From a virus (lineage: Duplodnaviria > Caudoviricetes), in the IMG/VR virus record IMGVR_UViG_3300031519_000018, positions 7,511-71,510 of that record: a DNA stretch of 64,000 nt. The stretch is one strand, 5' to 3'. Made by a program: the position numbers and the translations under genes. Positions 19,501 through 27,895 of the stretch are shown here, one piece after another. Every line of letters starts with the position of its first letter. Position 1 is the stretch's first letter. The notes below the pieces were generated by a model. That model was not told where the DNA came from, did no database searches, and was given only the letters and a program-made list of their open reading frames with translations.

Positions 19501-22268
19501 CCTAGGTCACCTTTTAGTCTATATCTACTAGGGCAAGAAGTGCTACACTCTCCGAAGTGATCAGGGTTACCGCTATCTTTTATACAATACCTTTTCTTAG
19601 CACCATCTTGATACATGTCACTAGCTCCACCATAATTGTTTGAAGAAAAATTCATGCTAGCTATTACTCCATATCTTTTTTTAGTAGCTTCAAAACTTTT
19701 AACTACATTGACCTCAAAGTCAGTATCTCTGTTTATTTTAACAAAAACCCTACCTTCAAATTCTGGTAATCTGTTTTCTTCTTCTTTAAAAAGATCTACG
19801 TTGACAGAAGTGCCCGCAACTAAACCAGTTAAACCCATCCAAATAGAGTTTGAGTTTAATGATTCATCTAAATTAACAGTGTAGTTATTTCCTACACCAT
19901 CTGGACCTCCACTTTTAACACCTATAACACTGGTTGTATTACCAGAAATAGATATACTCATAGAGGTGTCACCGTTAAAACCAGAGTGGAATTGTTCGTT
20001 ACTAGTAGCAGAAGGCCCTTCAAACCTTATTACTGAAAAATCTCTTTGAAACCCACTTATAACCAAAACTGTTGCCGATGCAAATATCTTTTTAGATCTA
20101 GATATATACTCTGGAGCTTGAGACTGTACGTCTAAAACTTTGTATCTAGAAGGACCAACAGAAGCAAAGTCAGTGTCATGTTGTTTTTTTAGTATTAAAT
20201 AACTGTCTATTTGAACTTTGCTAGCTTCTGACGAAGGAAAGCTCAACCAAACGTTTCCATCTTCCGCAAAATAATATCTATCTAAAGCTAAGTTGTAATA
20301 CTCATTAGAGGTGTCTTTTATAAAAAACTTATAATGAGTTGGCCAAGTTGGCATATTAGGTATAGCCGCTGTGGAAACAATAAATTTATTTGTTTTCATA
20401 GCGTTACTTTTGTCTAGTATTATAGTAGCTTCTGGATTACTAAAAACAGGCGTTTGTCTACCATATGCGTCTTGAAAAACAATACCAACTTGATATTTTC
20501 TTATTGTTTTTATTGACGGCAAAGGTCTTTTGTAATTCTGTTCATCTGAAACTTCTCCATCTCCATCAGAGTCAATGTAACCATCATGCTCAGTACTTGA
20601 AACGTTTAAAGTTAATTTAGTCTTAGGTACATTAAAGTTTTGAAGATAGTTAGCGAATATTAATCTATTAGCTGAAACCTCTTGGGCTTTAGCTTTTCTA
20701 GGTACATTATCCCAAGGCCTTAGCAATTGATTAGACTCAACCACAGCGCCAATTAGTTCTGTTTTTAATTTAAAAGTGTTAGGTGGCGTTACGTTTAAAA
20801 CGTCAGCTTCACCTCTCTTTAACGTGTCTACTACGTATATGTTGTTAGATCTTGATTTTTTCATTAAAATATCAACCTCTGTAACCTCTACGCTACCCCA
20901 ATTAAAACCACTTATTATTAAAGACCTTAAATGGTTTTGCATACCTAAGTTGTATCCATCGCTTGACAAGTACTCAAAATCGTCACCCTCAAAGGCTGGT
21001 GAAGTGAAAGGAGAAAAACAAGAATACTCTCCGTTTTGATATTTCCATCTGTAAGCAAATCTAGGAAACTCAAACTCAAACATAGGATCTTTTTCTTCTA
21101 AAACAGCTTCCCACGATATTAAACCTTCGTCGTCTTCTCCAAATCTTAATATCGAAGATGGTATAGACATTATTTGAAACGTTACGTCATTTGCGTTTAT
21201 ACCGTTTTCTATTACCTTTAGTCTAAGTTGATATTCATCTAAATTGTTATAATCATCAATGTTACTACCGCTTAGTGTTATTATGTCTCCTGCTTCCCAA
21301 CCACTTGGCGTAGTGTTAAAAGTTATTGTAACGTTTTCCATACTAACAGCGTTACCTGGTGAGGCAGACGCCGCTGGTGGATAAACAGGCGATGCCTCTG
21401 CTTGGTCTTCAACCCACTCTTGGTAGGTTGGTAGAACAGAATACTCAGCTGCTCCGGTTCCACTAGCTGCTTCGCTTATATATGTAAAATTATACCATAC
21501 GTCTCCGCTTGAAGGAAAATTACCTACAGTATCGTAAACAGCGAATAAGGGAGTTACTCCTGTTCCTGGAACCTCTTCTCCACTACTTGATCTAGAGCTA
21601 GTTGCCATTGTTAAAGTAGGCTTACATAGAGGCGATTTCTTTATAACAGTAACATCTGCTTCTGTAAAATTTAATCCAGCAGCGTTATAAGAATATGAGT
21701 TAGTTGAAGGGTTGTATGTAGGTATTTTTGTATGAGTTACAAAATTAGGTGAACCACCATTGGAAGATCCTTTTTTAAACTTTTTTATGTTTATTTTTTT
21801 AGGTTCACTATTGTCATCAGTAAAAAACAATAAATCATCTACTATATTTATACCTGTTATTAGTTTTTGTTTGTCAAACTTTAGAATGTTTTTTGTATCT
21901 ACAATAACAGGGGTAACTTTACCTGTCTTTTGATTGAATTCAGCTATTGCTGATATAGCGCTAGTTCTATTGTTTAAATCACTAGCTATAAACCAGTATA
22001 TACATTCTGTTGGCTCATGTCTGATAGAGCCTATACATACTGGATTTGTAAGTGAGTTTATATAATTAGAGGTCCAATCACCGTCTGCCGCTGGTGATCC
22101 TTTTTTTTCTTTGTTACCTTTTAAATTCTGTAAAGCACCAACGTTGCTAGATTCAGAAGTAGATACAGTAACGTTCAAAGCGTCTCTATATTGACCGTTT
22201 GGAATCATTCTCTCATCGAGATCATGATTCATCTTCCCCTGAGTAAAGTTATGAATAAATTCTGGCAT
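16596..22268 (-). CDS. Tail nozzle/muzzle (stabilization) protein, 1890 aa
   Basis: N-terminus NFTQGKMNHDLDERMIPNGQYRDALN resembles podovirus/crAss-type muzzle proteins; follows ring proteins. Confidence 0.7.
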   Translation of the reverse strand: MPEFIHNFTQGKMNHDLDERMIPNGQYRDALNVTVSTSESSNVGALQNLKGNKEKKGSPAADGDWTSNYINSLTNPVCIGSIRHEPTECIYWFIASDLNNRTSAISAIAEFNQKTGKVTPVIVDTKNILKFDKQKLITGINIVDDLLFFTDDNSEPKKINIKKFKKGSSNGGSPNFVTHTKIPTYNPSTNSYSYNAAGLNFTEADVTVIKKSPLCKPTLTMATSSRSSSGEEVPGTGVTPLFAVYDTVGNFPSSGDVWYNFTYISEAASGTGAAEYSVLPTYQEWVEDQAEASPVYPPAASASPGNAVSMENVTITFNTTPSGWEAGDIITLSGSNIDDYNNLDEYQLRLKVIENGINANDVTFQIMSIPSSILRFGEDDEGLISWEAVLEEKDPMFEFEFPRFAYRWKYQNGEYSCFSPFTSPAFEGDDFEYLSSDGYNLGMQNHLRSLIISGFNWGSVEVTEVDILMKKSRSNNIYVVDTLKRGEADVLNVTPPNTFKLKTELIGAVVESNQLLRPWDNVPRKAKAQEVSANRLIFANYLQNFNVPKTKLTLNVSSTEHDGYIDSDGDGEVSDEQNYKRPLPSIKTIRKYQVGIVFQDAYGRQTPVFSNPEATIILDKSNAMKTNKFIVSTAAIPNMPTWPTHYKFFIKDTSNEYYNLALDRYYFAEDGNVWLSFPSSEASKVQIDSYLILKKQHDTDFASVGPSRYKVLDVQSQAPEYISRSKKIFASATVLVISGFQRDFSVIRFEGPSATSNEQFHSGFNGDTSMSISISGNTTSVIGVKSGGPDGVGNNYTVNLDESLNSNSIWMGLTGLVAGTSVNVDLFKEEENRLPEFEGRVFVKINRDTDFEVNVVKSFEATKKRYGVIASMNFSSNNYGGASDMYQDGAKKRYCIKDSGNPDHFGECSTSCPSRYRLKGDLGGNGSAAGNYAPGGQGIPSNSIANGEPRSRMRMVYKQGVKTDSVMAGVIFVGAGNFNSVYNGGDVEIGTETNEFMKNAAVSGALFRVVHKDGRVTEPYEIKYHWRNVNRRGCRRPVLIPFNNGCENNQSSDWTNKRTVLALELKEPISEDWVGDGSVSAMGNILGYQIVEEIIGDNNSILTSTNPAVFETEPKEAVDIDLYYEASCALPISDISSTNSKTNILDYYNCYSFGNGVESDRIRDDFNAPTIGKGVKVSTILDEPYMEERRSSGLIFSQIYNSTSGINRLNQFIQAEPITKDLNPEYGSIQKLHSRNTNLVTLCEDKCLSILANKDALFNADGSTNITSNKAVLGQAQPFAGEFGISTNPESFAKYGFRSYFTDKNRGAVIRLSQDGITNIALYGMSDFFADNLPNCTKIVGSYNDDKENYNVTLDVLTEEWQDKFSKTPKDRTNCEVPNDESDDIETTTVSFKETVNGWTSRKSYYSKSGSIVYPLESGVSLNDTYYTFNKGLIWEHASNSVYNNFYGTQYDTSVNVVINDVTESIKGFKTLNYSGTDSRKYTYGTTSGLSGLSIAQVVDQQITPSTINSEAFTPGWYTNYINTDMEEGQIKEFVKKENKYFNKIKGLNTFYKDNCDNNIDSSAFPTQGLGFATITSSAPSAFNLTINLDTSCSGTGDGGSALPEQIAKFWYYWSCTKPGSGQEVDIRSLSSDQLVKCGIEFFYNQFPNGYTNIAKSAFDFRYFNSAGINVNSTLYNENNEIISDNGKFLYIAPAETPSNDALNANVSGTTVPNTYFIITIVDGVITAKTQYNTLAGCGTPTVAVDFPLFVGYRYRSSITSLLTGSAAQHTTPSGRAALAKTQLKTFLTTGILANVGSADIVKQWDVYKYSGSQGLVVGSQLHNDIGALTTDGIFAHNITSAPVGNYWSYNSIPSNYLKTDAGWASLDSSWKFYTFENGIVTHITTMNTL

Positions 22269-22271
22269 ATT

Positions 22272-23438
22272 TTAGTGTTTTATAATCTTAGACTTACCTC
22301 TCATTACTTGAGTCAACTCTTCTGATTTTAAATTTGATAATCTTAATTTAGCTTGACGAGTAGCCGCAAACTTTTCTTTTTTGAATCTCATTACTAAGTA
22401 CTCTTGTGTGTTTGCTCTTGTTGCTAATATCGCGTAAGCTATATGCTTGTACATTGCCTCTTCAGCAAACTTATGTACAACCATCTCACCATCTGTGCCA
22501 AGAGAATCACTTATATATTTTAAAGTAATTATTTTGCCAGATAAGCTAGAGTCAAAAAATATTCTGCCTCTTAGATTGTCTATAAAATAAACACCGTTAC
22601 TGTTAGCGAACTCAGGCTCTAATCCATATCTAGCTCCTTGAGATCCTTTGTATCTTTCAAACTCATCTAAACTGTCTGAGTTTGTTGTGTTTCTATTTGT
22701 AGCGTCTCTAAACTTATCCCATGTCTCTGAGTTAGCCGCGGTTAATAAAGTTCCGTCGGTATCAAAAGTGTAACCGTAGCTACTATCTTGTATCAAAGCT
22801 TCTGGATTACTAGTTTTTCTAGTTGGCATTAGTATTCTTTCTATACCATCATTATCTAACCAAGATAGTTTAACGTAGTTAACAAAGTCATGAGGTAGCT
22901 TCATTGATAACGAAGGTGGTACCTCTATTTCTTGTGATTTAAAAGATTTTAAAGTATCATAACTAAGCTCTGCTAAACCTCTTTGTGCATGGAAAGCAAT
23001 ATCTGCTCTTCTTATTTTACTTATTATCTTGTCTTCACCTACGTAAGATATAATGAAATTGTTTATTATGTTTTCTAATGAAACATACTGGTAGTTTCCA
23101 AACTGCTCTGTAGCTAATACTTCTCTAAGTAATATAGGTAGACCTAATAAAGGTGAACCATCTGCAGCTTGTATGTTAGCGTTTATGTTAGTGTTGTTAA
23201 ACACTAAGTTATAACTATTATCAACAGTAACGTCACCTGGGCTAGTACCATTGTAAGAATAACTATTCTTGCTTACCTCTACATTGTTTATAAATATTAT
23301 TATATCAACTTGCTGAGTAGGTCTAGTTGCAAAATAAGCCACTGTAACTGGGCCAACCGTTAGGTTTCCAGCACCAGCTCCAATAAAGCTTTGACTCTGC
23401 TCGTAATAACCTTGTTGTGTTCCTTGAAATAATGGCAT
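22272..23438 (-). CDS. Tail ring/adaptor protein
   Basis: LPHDFVNYVKLSW...GRIFFDSSLSGKIITLKYISD; position after head genes. Confidence 0.6.
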   Translation of the reverse strand: MPLFQGTQQGYYEQSQSFIGAGAGNLTVGPVTVAYFATRPTQQVDIIIFINNVEVSKNSYSYNGTSPGDVTVDNSYNLVFNNTNINANIQAADGSPLLGLPILLREVLATEQFGNYQYVSLENIINNFIISYVGEDKIISKIRRADIAFHAQRGLAELSYDTLKSFKSQEIEVPPSLSMKLPHDFVNYVKLSWLDNDGIERILMPTRKTSNPEALIQDSSYGYTFDTDGTLLTAANSETWDKFRDATNRNTTNSDSLDEFERYKGSQGARYGLEPEFANSNGVYFIDNLRGRIFFDSSLSGKIITLKYISDSLGTDGEMVVHKFAEEAMYKHIAYAILATRANTQEYLVMRFKKEKFAATRQAKLRLSNLKSEELTQVMRGKSKIIKH

Positions 23439-23441
23439 ATC

Positions 23442-24143
23442 TTATTGTTTTTCTTGTTGGATTGTTTGCATTTCTTCTTGATTTGCAATTTGATACATTT
23501 GAACCTCCTTGGTAGACAAGCCAGCTAATTCTAATATTTTTTCTACTAAAGCAATTTCTTCTGATTGATGTAATTGGAAGTTTGTGCTAGTAGCTGAATT
23601 ATACAGAGCCTCACCGTAAACCATTACGTAACCCCAGTTTGGAGCCGCTGGTCTAGCAATAATATCGCAGGTTATGTCTGCTATTATAGTTGCAGGATAA
23701 AGCTGTATTGTAGTCTCGCTTGTTCTAGTGTAAGCGGGTCTAATTAAGTTTGGAGTTGTTAGTGGAGACATTTGAAGAACTTGTATGTCTTTTTTGTTTA
23801 ACTTTTCTACTATTCTAGCTACTCCGTTAGTGGTATGAATTACATTACCCAGTCTGTAATTCGTAGGTAGAGTTCCTACACCTGTGTTAGCCATAACCAT
23901 AGCTACAGGCGCTGATTCAAATATACTTAGCTTTTCTTCAAGTATATCTAGCATGTCTGAGTATTCTGTACTGTTACCGTGCAGTCTACCGAATTGATTT
24001 ATGTCATAGAAATATTGTTCGAATATATCTAATTGAGCTTGCTCTGCAAATAAATTAAACTCTTGAGGTGTAACGTAACCACGTTGCTCTTTGTTTAATG
24101 TACTTAAAACAGTTTGATAAACAGTATCTACACTTACAGCCAT
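23442..24143 (-). CDS. Head-tail adaptor/ring protein
   Basis: LNKEQRGYVTPQEFNLFA motif; position. Confidence 0.6.
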   Translation of the reverse strand: MAVSVDTVYQTVLSTLNKEQRGYVTPQEFNLFAEQAQLDIFEQYFYDINQFGRLHGNSTEYSDMLDILEEKLSIFESAPVAMVMANTGVGTLPTNYRLGNVIHTTNGVARIVEKLNKKDIQVLQMSPLTTPNLIRPAYTRTSETTIQLYPATIIADITCDIIARPAAPNWGYVMVYGEALYNSATSTNFQLHQSEEIALVEKILELAGLSTKEVQMYQIANQEEMQTIQQEKQ

Positions 24144-24145
24144 AA

Positions 24146-24307
24146 TTAATAAGGGAATTTTTTATTTAATGCTTGTTTTCTAGCGTCACATCCGCAGTCT
24201 ATGCCCGTGATTTCGCTAACTTTATCTACAACTTTTTTTATTCCAGTCGCTTTTGTGATGGCTTCAACCGTATCGCCGAAACCTTTATGTTTCATGTTAA
24301 AGGCCAT
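24146..24307 (-). CDS. Small protein MAFNMKHKGFGDTVEAITKATGIKKVVDKVSEITGIDCGCDARKQALNKKFPY (53 aa, not in ORF track)
   Basis: Hand translation; fills gap between genes; MAF.MK leader shared with other late proteins. Confidence 0.7.
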   Translation of the reverse strand: MAFNMKHKGFGDTVEAITKATGIKKVVDKVSEITGIDCGCDARKQALNKKFPY

Positions 24308-24325
24308 ATAATATATATTTAAGTA

Positions 24326-24357
24326 AATGTAACCGCCCGAAGGCGGTCACTTTACAT
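24326..24357 (-). terminator. Hairpin terminator (UUCG loop)
   Basis: Minus strand ACCGCC-TTCG-GGCGGT with flanking TGTAA/TTACA extension. Confidence 0.7.
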
Positions 24358-24362
24358 TGTTT

Positions 24363-25133
24363 TTATTTTAATTTTTTGGATAAGTTTTTAAACAGTTCCA
24401 TTCCATCGTCAGTTTTAAAGAAAGCAGCTAAAGCATTCATAGGGTGTTCATCGTAAGGAACAGCACATATTTTCTTGCCATTAGGATAACTAAAAACTCT
24501 TTGATCGGCTGAAAGTTTAATTAAGTTGTTTTCAACAAACTTTGCTCCAATGTTTTTTAATTCTACATTTTCATCATTTGCTAGTTGTAAGAACATTCCT
24601 GGATTTCTCCTAGCCATTAAAAGAACATCTCTTTTAATTTCTTTACTTGTCATGTTGTTTACGTTACTACCAACTTCTGATCTCAGTATAGCTTCAGCAG
24701 CGTCTACATCTAAGGACTTAGCAGCAATAAGAGCGTTAATCTCGTATTCCATGTAAGCTAAATCATCTGTTGCTTCTTCTATTTTGTTGTATTCGCTATA
24801 AGTACGATCTTTCATAGGGTGATATAGTGATAACAATTTTTGTAAACTCTGATCCGATTTTGGAACAAATAGTTTACCGTTTCTCATTATAATTCTACCT
24901 AAAGTAGCATTGCCATCTTGTTCGTCCACAAATGGAGACCAATGGTTTGTTGCGTATTTAAGTTCCCTATTATAACCTTCTACTTCGTCAAAATAAAGTA
25001 AAGGTCTTTCTGATGTATGTAAAGAAGGTATTGAAAAAACAATAGGCTTGTGTCTACCGTTTAGTTCATATAATCTATCTTTTATTTCCCAACCGTCTAT
25101 TTTGGTTGGAATTTTTCTTTTTGTTTTTTCCAT
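24363..25133 (-). CDS. Capsid-associated/head assembly hypothetical protein
   Basis: 256 aa ORF immediately downstream of MCP. Confidence 0.55.
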   Translation of the reverse strand: MEKTKRKIPTKIDGWEIKDRLYELNGRHKPIVFSIPSLHTSERPLLYFDEVEGYNRELKYATNHWSPFVDEQDGNATLGRIIMRNGKLFVPKSDQSLQKLLSLYHPMKDRTYSEYNKIEEATDDLAYMEYEINALIAAKSLDVDAAEAILRSEVGSNVNNMTSKEIKRDVLLMARRNPGMFLQLANDENVELKNIGAKFVENNLIKLSADQRVFSYPNGKKICAVPYDEHPMNALAAFFKTDDGMELFKNLSKKLK

Positions 25134-25162
25134 GATATAATATAATTAAATAGTTTAAATAA

Positions 25163-25207
25163 AAGTAATAGTTACCCCCGTTGATATAACGAGGGTAAGA
25201 ATTACTT
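25163..25207 (-). terminator. Hairpin downstream of major capsid gene
   Basis: AAGTAAT..TTACCC / GGGTAA..ATTACTT inverted repeat. Confidence 0.6.
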
Positions 25208-25216
25208 AGTTTTGTA

Positions 25217-26692
25217 TTATGATTTTTTCAATAATACGAAGTTGTTAGCAGCTTGTACACATAAACATCTTTCTGATAAGAAGTTTACAGTCATGCTATC
25301 TAAGTCAGAAGTATAACTTCCACCAACAGATCCTGTAATCCAAGATTTCATTTTTCTATCATCTGCTTCAGAAGCTCTGTAACGGATGTGTAAGAATGGT
25401 CTTGAGATATTTTTCCCCATTGATTGGTCATATACTGTTGAAGTACCAGCTGGTACAATAACACCTTCTACGTCAGCTATTAATCCACGAGTAGTAGCAT
25501 CGTTTAAATATTTCCAGTCAGACTTGTAGAAATCGTAAGATCCACGTCTAAATCCAGAGAAACCTAAATTTAAAGCCATATCCTCAGAGTTATCGAATAC
25601 ACCGTAAGATGTACCACCAGCTCCGTAAGAATTTTGATTAGCTAACATTTTGTCAATGCTTAAAGCAGTAGATCTATCTAAGAACATCATATTCTCTTCG
25701 ATAGCTCCTTGCTTGTCAAGCTCTTGTAGAATAGCATCAAACTCATCAATTCCACCACCAATACAAGTATTAGCGAATCCTTGATTGTTATATACTAATC
25801 CTCTTGATTCAATAGCAGCAAATAATCCTTCAGATCCAGAAAAAGTAGCAGCTAAACCAGATGCAGCAACAGCTTTTTCAGCTTCAATCATTGCCATTTC
25901 TAATTTATCTTCAAATCTAATTCTAGTTTCACTTTCAGATTTTAAATACCAAAGGTACCCAGAAGCACCAGCTTCAGTAGCAACTTCAACCCATCCAATT
26001 TGTGCAGTATCAGATCCACTAATTTCATACTTACCTTTTAATATAATAGGTTTGTTATCAAATTTAGTGAATGGAGAATCTACAGATTGTTGAGACGCGT
26101 TGTCTGTTCCTTTTCCGTATTCAGAACCAAAGATAAATAGTTTTAGATCTGCTCCGCCAGCTGCAGAAGCAGTAAATCCAGCGTCATTAGCACCACCTAG
26201 TGCAATACCAGCAAAATCGTAAGCAGATACTACTAAAGTAACAGTTCCAGCAGGTTTGCTTTGTACTCTTGCTTTTACAGTTAAATTTCCTTGAGAAACA
26301 ACTAAAGTGTCACCTACAGAGTATAACGCCCATTGTTGAGCAGCACTTAATCCGTCTCCGTTTCCAACGGGATCAGCTACTAATGTAATTGTATCAGTTG
26401 TTGCAGTTGTGTTTGCAATTGTAGCGTTGTTAGATGCTACGTGAATTCTACCTTGTTCAGACCAAACTACTTGATCAGAAGCCATTGGCATTTCAGCACC
26501 AACCATTCTTAAGAAACCAGAGATAGTACGGTTACCGTATCTTTCTACTTCTTTCTCGTAAACTTCTGGTAAGAATTGCTTAGCAAAGTTAAAATCATTA
26601 TCAGCAATTGACAAATAGTTATTGTCAAATGCAAGTTTGTTTGGGCGAGGTACCACGTGTGATAACTCAGCGCCAGTTCCAGCTAAAGCCAT
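25217..26692 (-). CDS. Major capsid protein
   Basis: 491 aa after portal and scaffold; EQGR and HK97-type C-terminal SERCLCVQAANNF; strong codon bias. Confidence 0.8.
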   Translation of the reverse strand: MALAGTGAELSHVVPRPNKLAFDNNYLSIADNDFNFAKQFLPEVYEKEVERYGNRTISGFLRMVGAEMPMASDQVVWSEQGRIHVASNNATIANTTATTDTITLVADPVGNGDGLSAAQQWALYSVGDTLVVSQGNLTVKARVQSKPAGTVTLVVSAYDFAGIALGGANDAGFTASAAGGADLKLFIFGSEYGKGTDNASQQSVDSPFTKFDNKPIILKGKYEISGSDTAQIGWVEVATEAGASGYLWYLKSESETRIRFEDKLEMAMIEAEKAVAASGLAATFSGSEGLFAAIESRGLVYNNQGFANTCIGGGIDEFDAILQELDKQGAIEENMMFLDRSTALSIDKMLANQNSYGAGGTSYGVFDNSEDMALNLGFSGFRRGSYDFYKSDWKYLNDATTRGLIADVEGVIVPAGTSTVYDQSMGKNISRPFLHIRYRASEADDRKMKSWITGSVGGSYTSDLDSMTVNFLSERCLCVQAANNFVLLKKS

Positions 26693-26717
26693 AATTTTTA
26701 ATTTTTAGTTTTATTAA

Positions 26718-27866
26718 TTATTTATTTTTTTTGAAACCCCACTTAAAAGATGAACCATCTGCATCAACGGCTCTGTAAGTAGTACCTGATTTAGGTGCTT
26801 CTCCTTGAGCTTTTCTAGGATCCATACTAATGTTTTTTGTTTGAGAAATACTCTGTCTCATAGCATCAGACTTTCCTTGTTCGTAGAAATGGTTTGCAAT
26901 TGCATCGGGATTCATTGCGGTGAATAAAGATTTGTGATAACCAGCGGCGTCGCTCATCTCATTGTTTTTGTCAAGAAACTTCTTAACAAAATTATTGATG
27001 TTGCCCTGTGCATCTTTAACTTCATTCGGGTTTTTAACATTAAACCTATACCTTTTGTCTCCGACTTTATATTCAAAACCTTTGAATTCGTCATTAAAAA
27101 CTTGGTTAGTTTTATTGTTGAAAGTTTGAGTTTGCTTTTCAGCAACCTCTTGATTTTTATTATATCTATTAAAAAAATCTACAGCTTTTTTTTGCTCAGG
27201 CGCTAACCTAGAGCCAGCTTTGATTTCTTCATAATATTTATCTTTTAAGCTATTAAGATGATTTTTAGCATATGCTAACTCTTCTTTTCTAGCTAATTTT
27301 TTTCTTTTAATATCTCTTTCATCTTCCATGTCTTCTTCAATAGCAAATTTATCTTCTATTAAAAAGTTTATTTCCGATGGATCTAAATGAGGTCTTGTGT
27401 TTTGATAGTACTCAACTAGTAATTGCTCTTCATTTAAAGCGTCTACGTCTTGATTAAGTTTGACGTAATCTTCTAAACTTCCACCAGTCTCATCCATAAA
27501 GTCTACAACTTTTTGAATGTTTTCTGGTAAAGGTTTTCCAGTTTCTTGAGCTTCAACAACTGCTTCAGCAATTTCTTCAGCTTTTTCTATAACCTCTTCT
27601 TCTGTTATCTCTTCAAGAACAGTTAGCTCTTCAGGCAAAACTTCTTCTTCAACAACAGCTACAGGTTCTTCAACCTTTACTTCTTTTTTAACTTCTTCAG
27701 CAACTTTGCCTTTTTCTGGCTTAGTTACTAATTTGTCAAAATCTATTTTATGTGTACCATCTTCTTTGACAGTAACTTCAGGTACTAGATCACCTTTTTC
27801 AGTCTCTTGGGCCTGCGGAGTTATTTCTTCCACTACCTCTTCGACTATTTTTTCTTCTTTAGCCAT
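26718..27866 (-). CDS. Scaffolding protein
   Basis: Very acidic helical protein between portal and MCP. Confidence 0.7.
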   Translation of the reverse strand: MAKEEKIVEEVVEEITPQAQETEKGDLVPEVTVKEDGTHKIDFDKLVTKPEKGKVAEEVKKEVKVEEPVAVVEEEVLPEELTVLEEITEEEVIEKAEEIAEAVVEAQETGKPLPENIQKVVDFMDETGGSLEDYVKLNQDVDALNEEQLLVEYYQNTRPHLDPSEINFLIEDKFAIEEDMEDERDIKRKKLARKEELAYAKNHLNSLKDKYYEEIKAGSRLAPEQKKAVDFFNRYNKNQEVAEKQTQTFNNKTNQVFNDEFKGFEYKVGDKRYRFNVKNPNEVKDAQGNINNFVKKFLDKNNEMSDAAGYHKSLFTAMNPDAIANHFYEQGKSDAMRQSISQTKNISMDPRKAQGEAPKSGTTYRAVDADGSSFKWGFKKNK

Positions 27867-27895
27867 AATAAAATATTATAAAATTATAAAATTAA

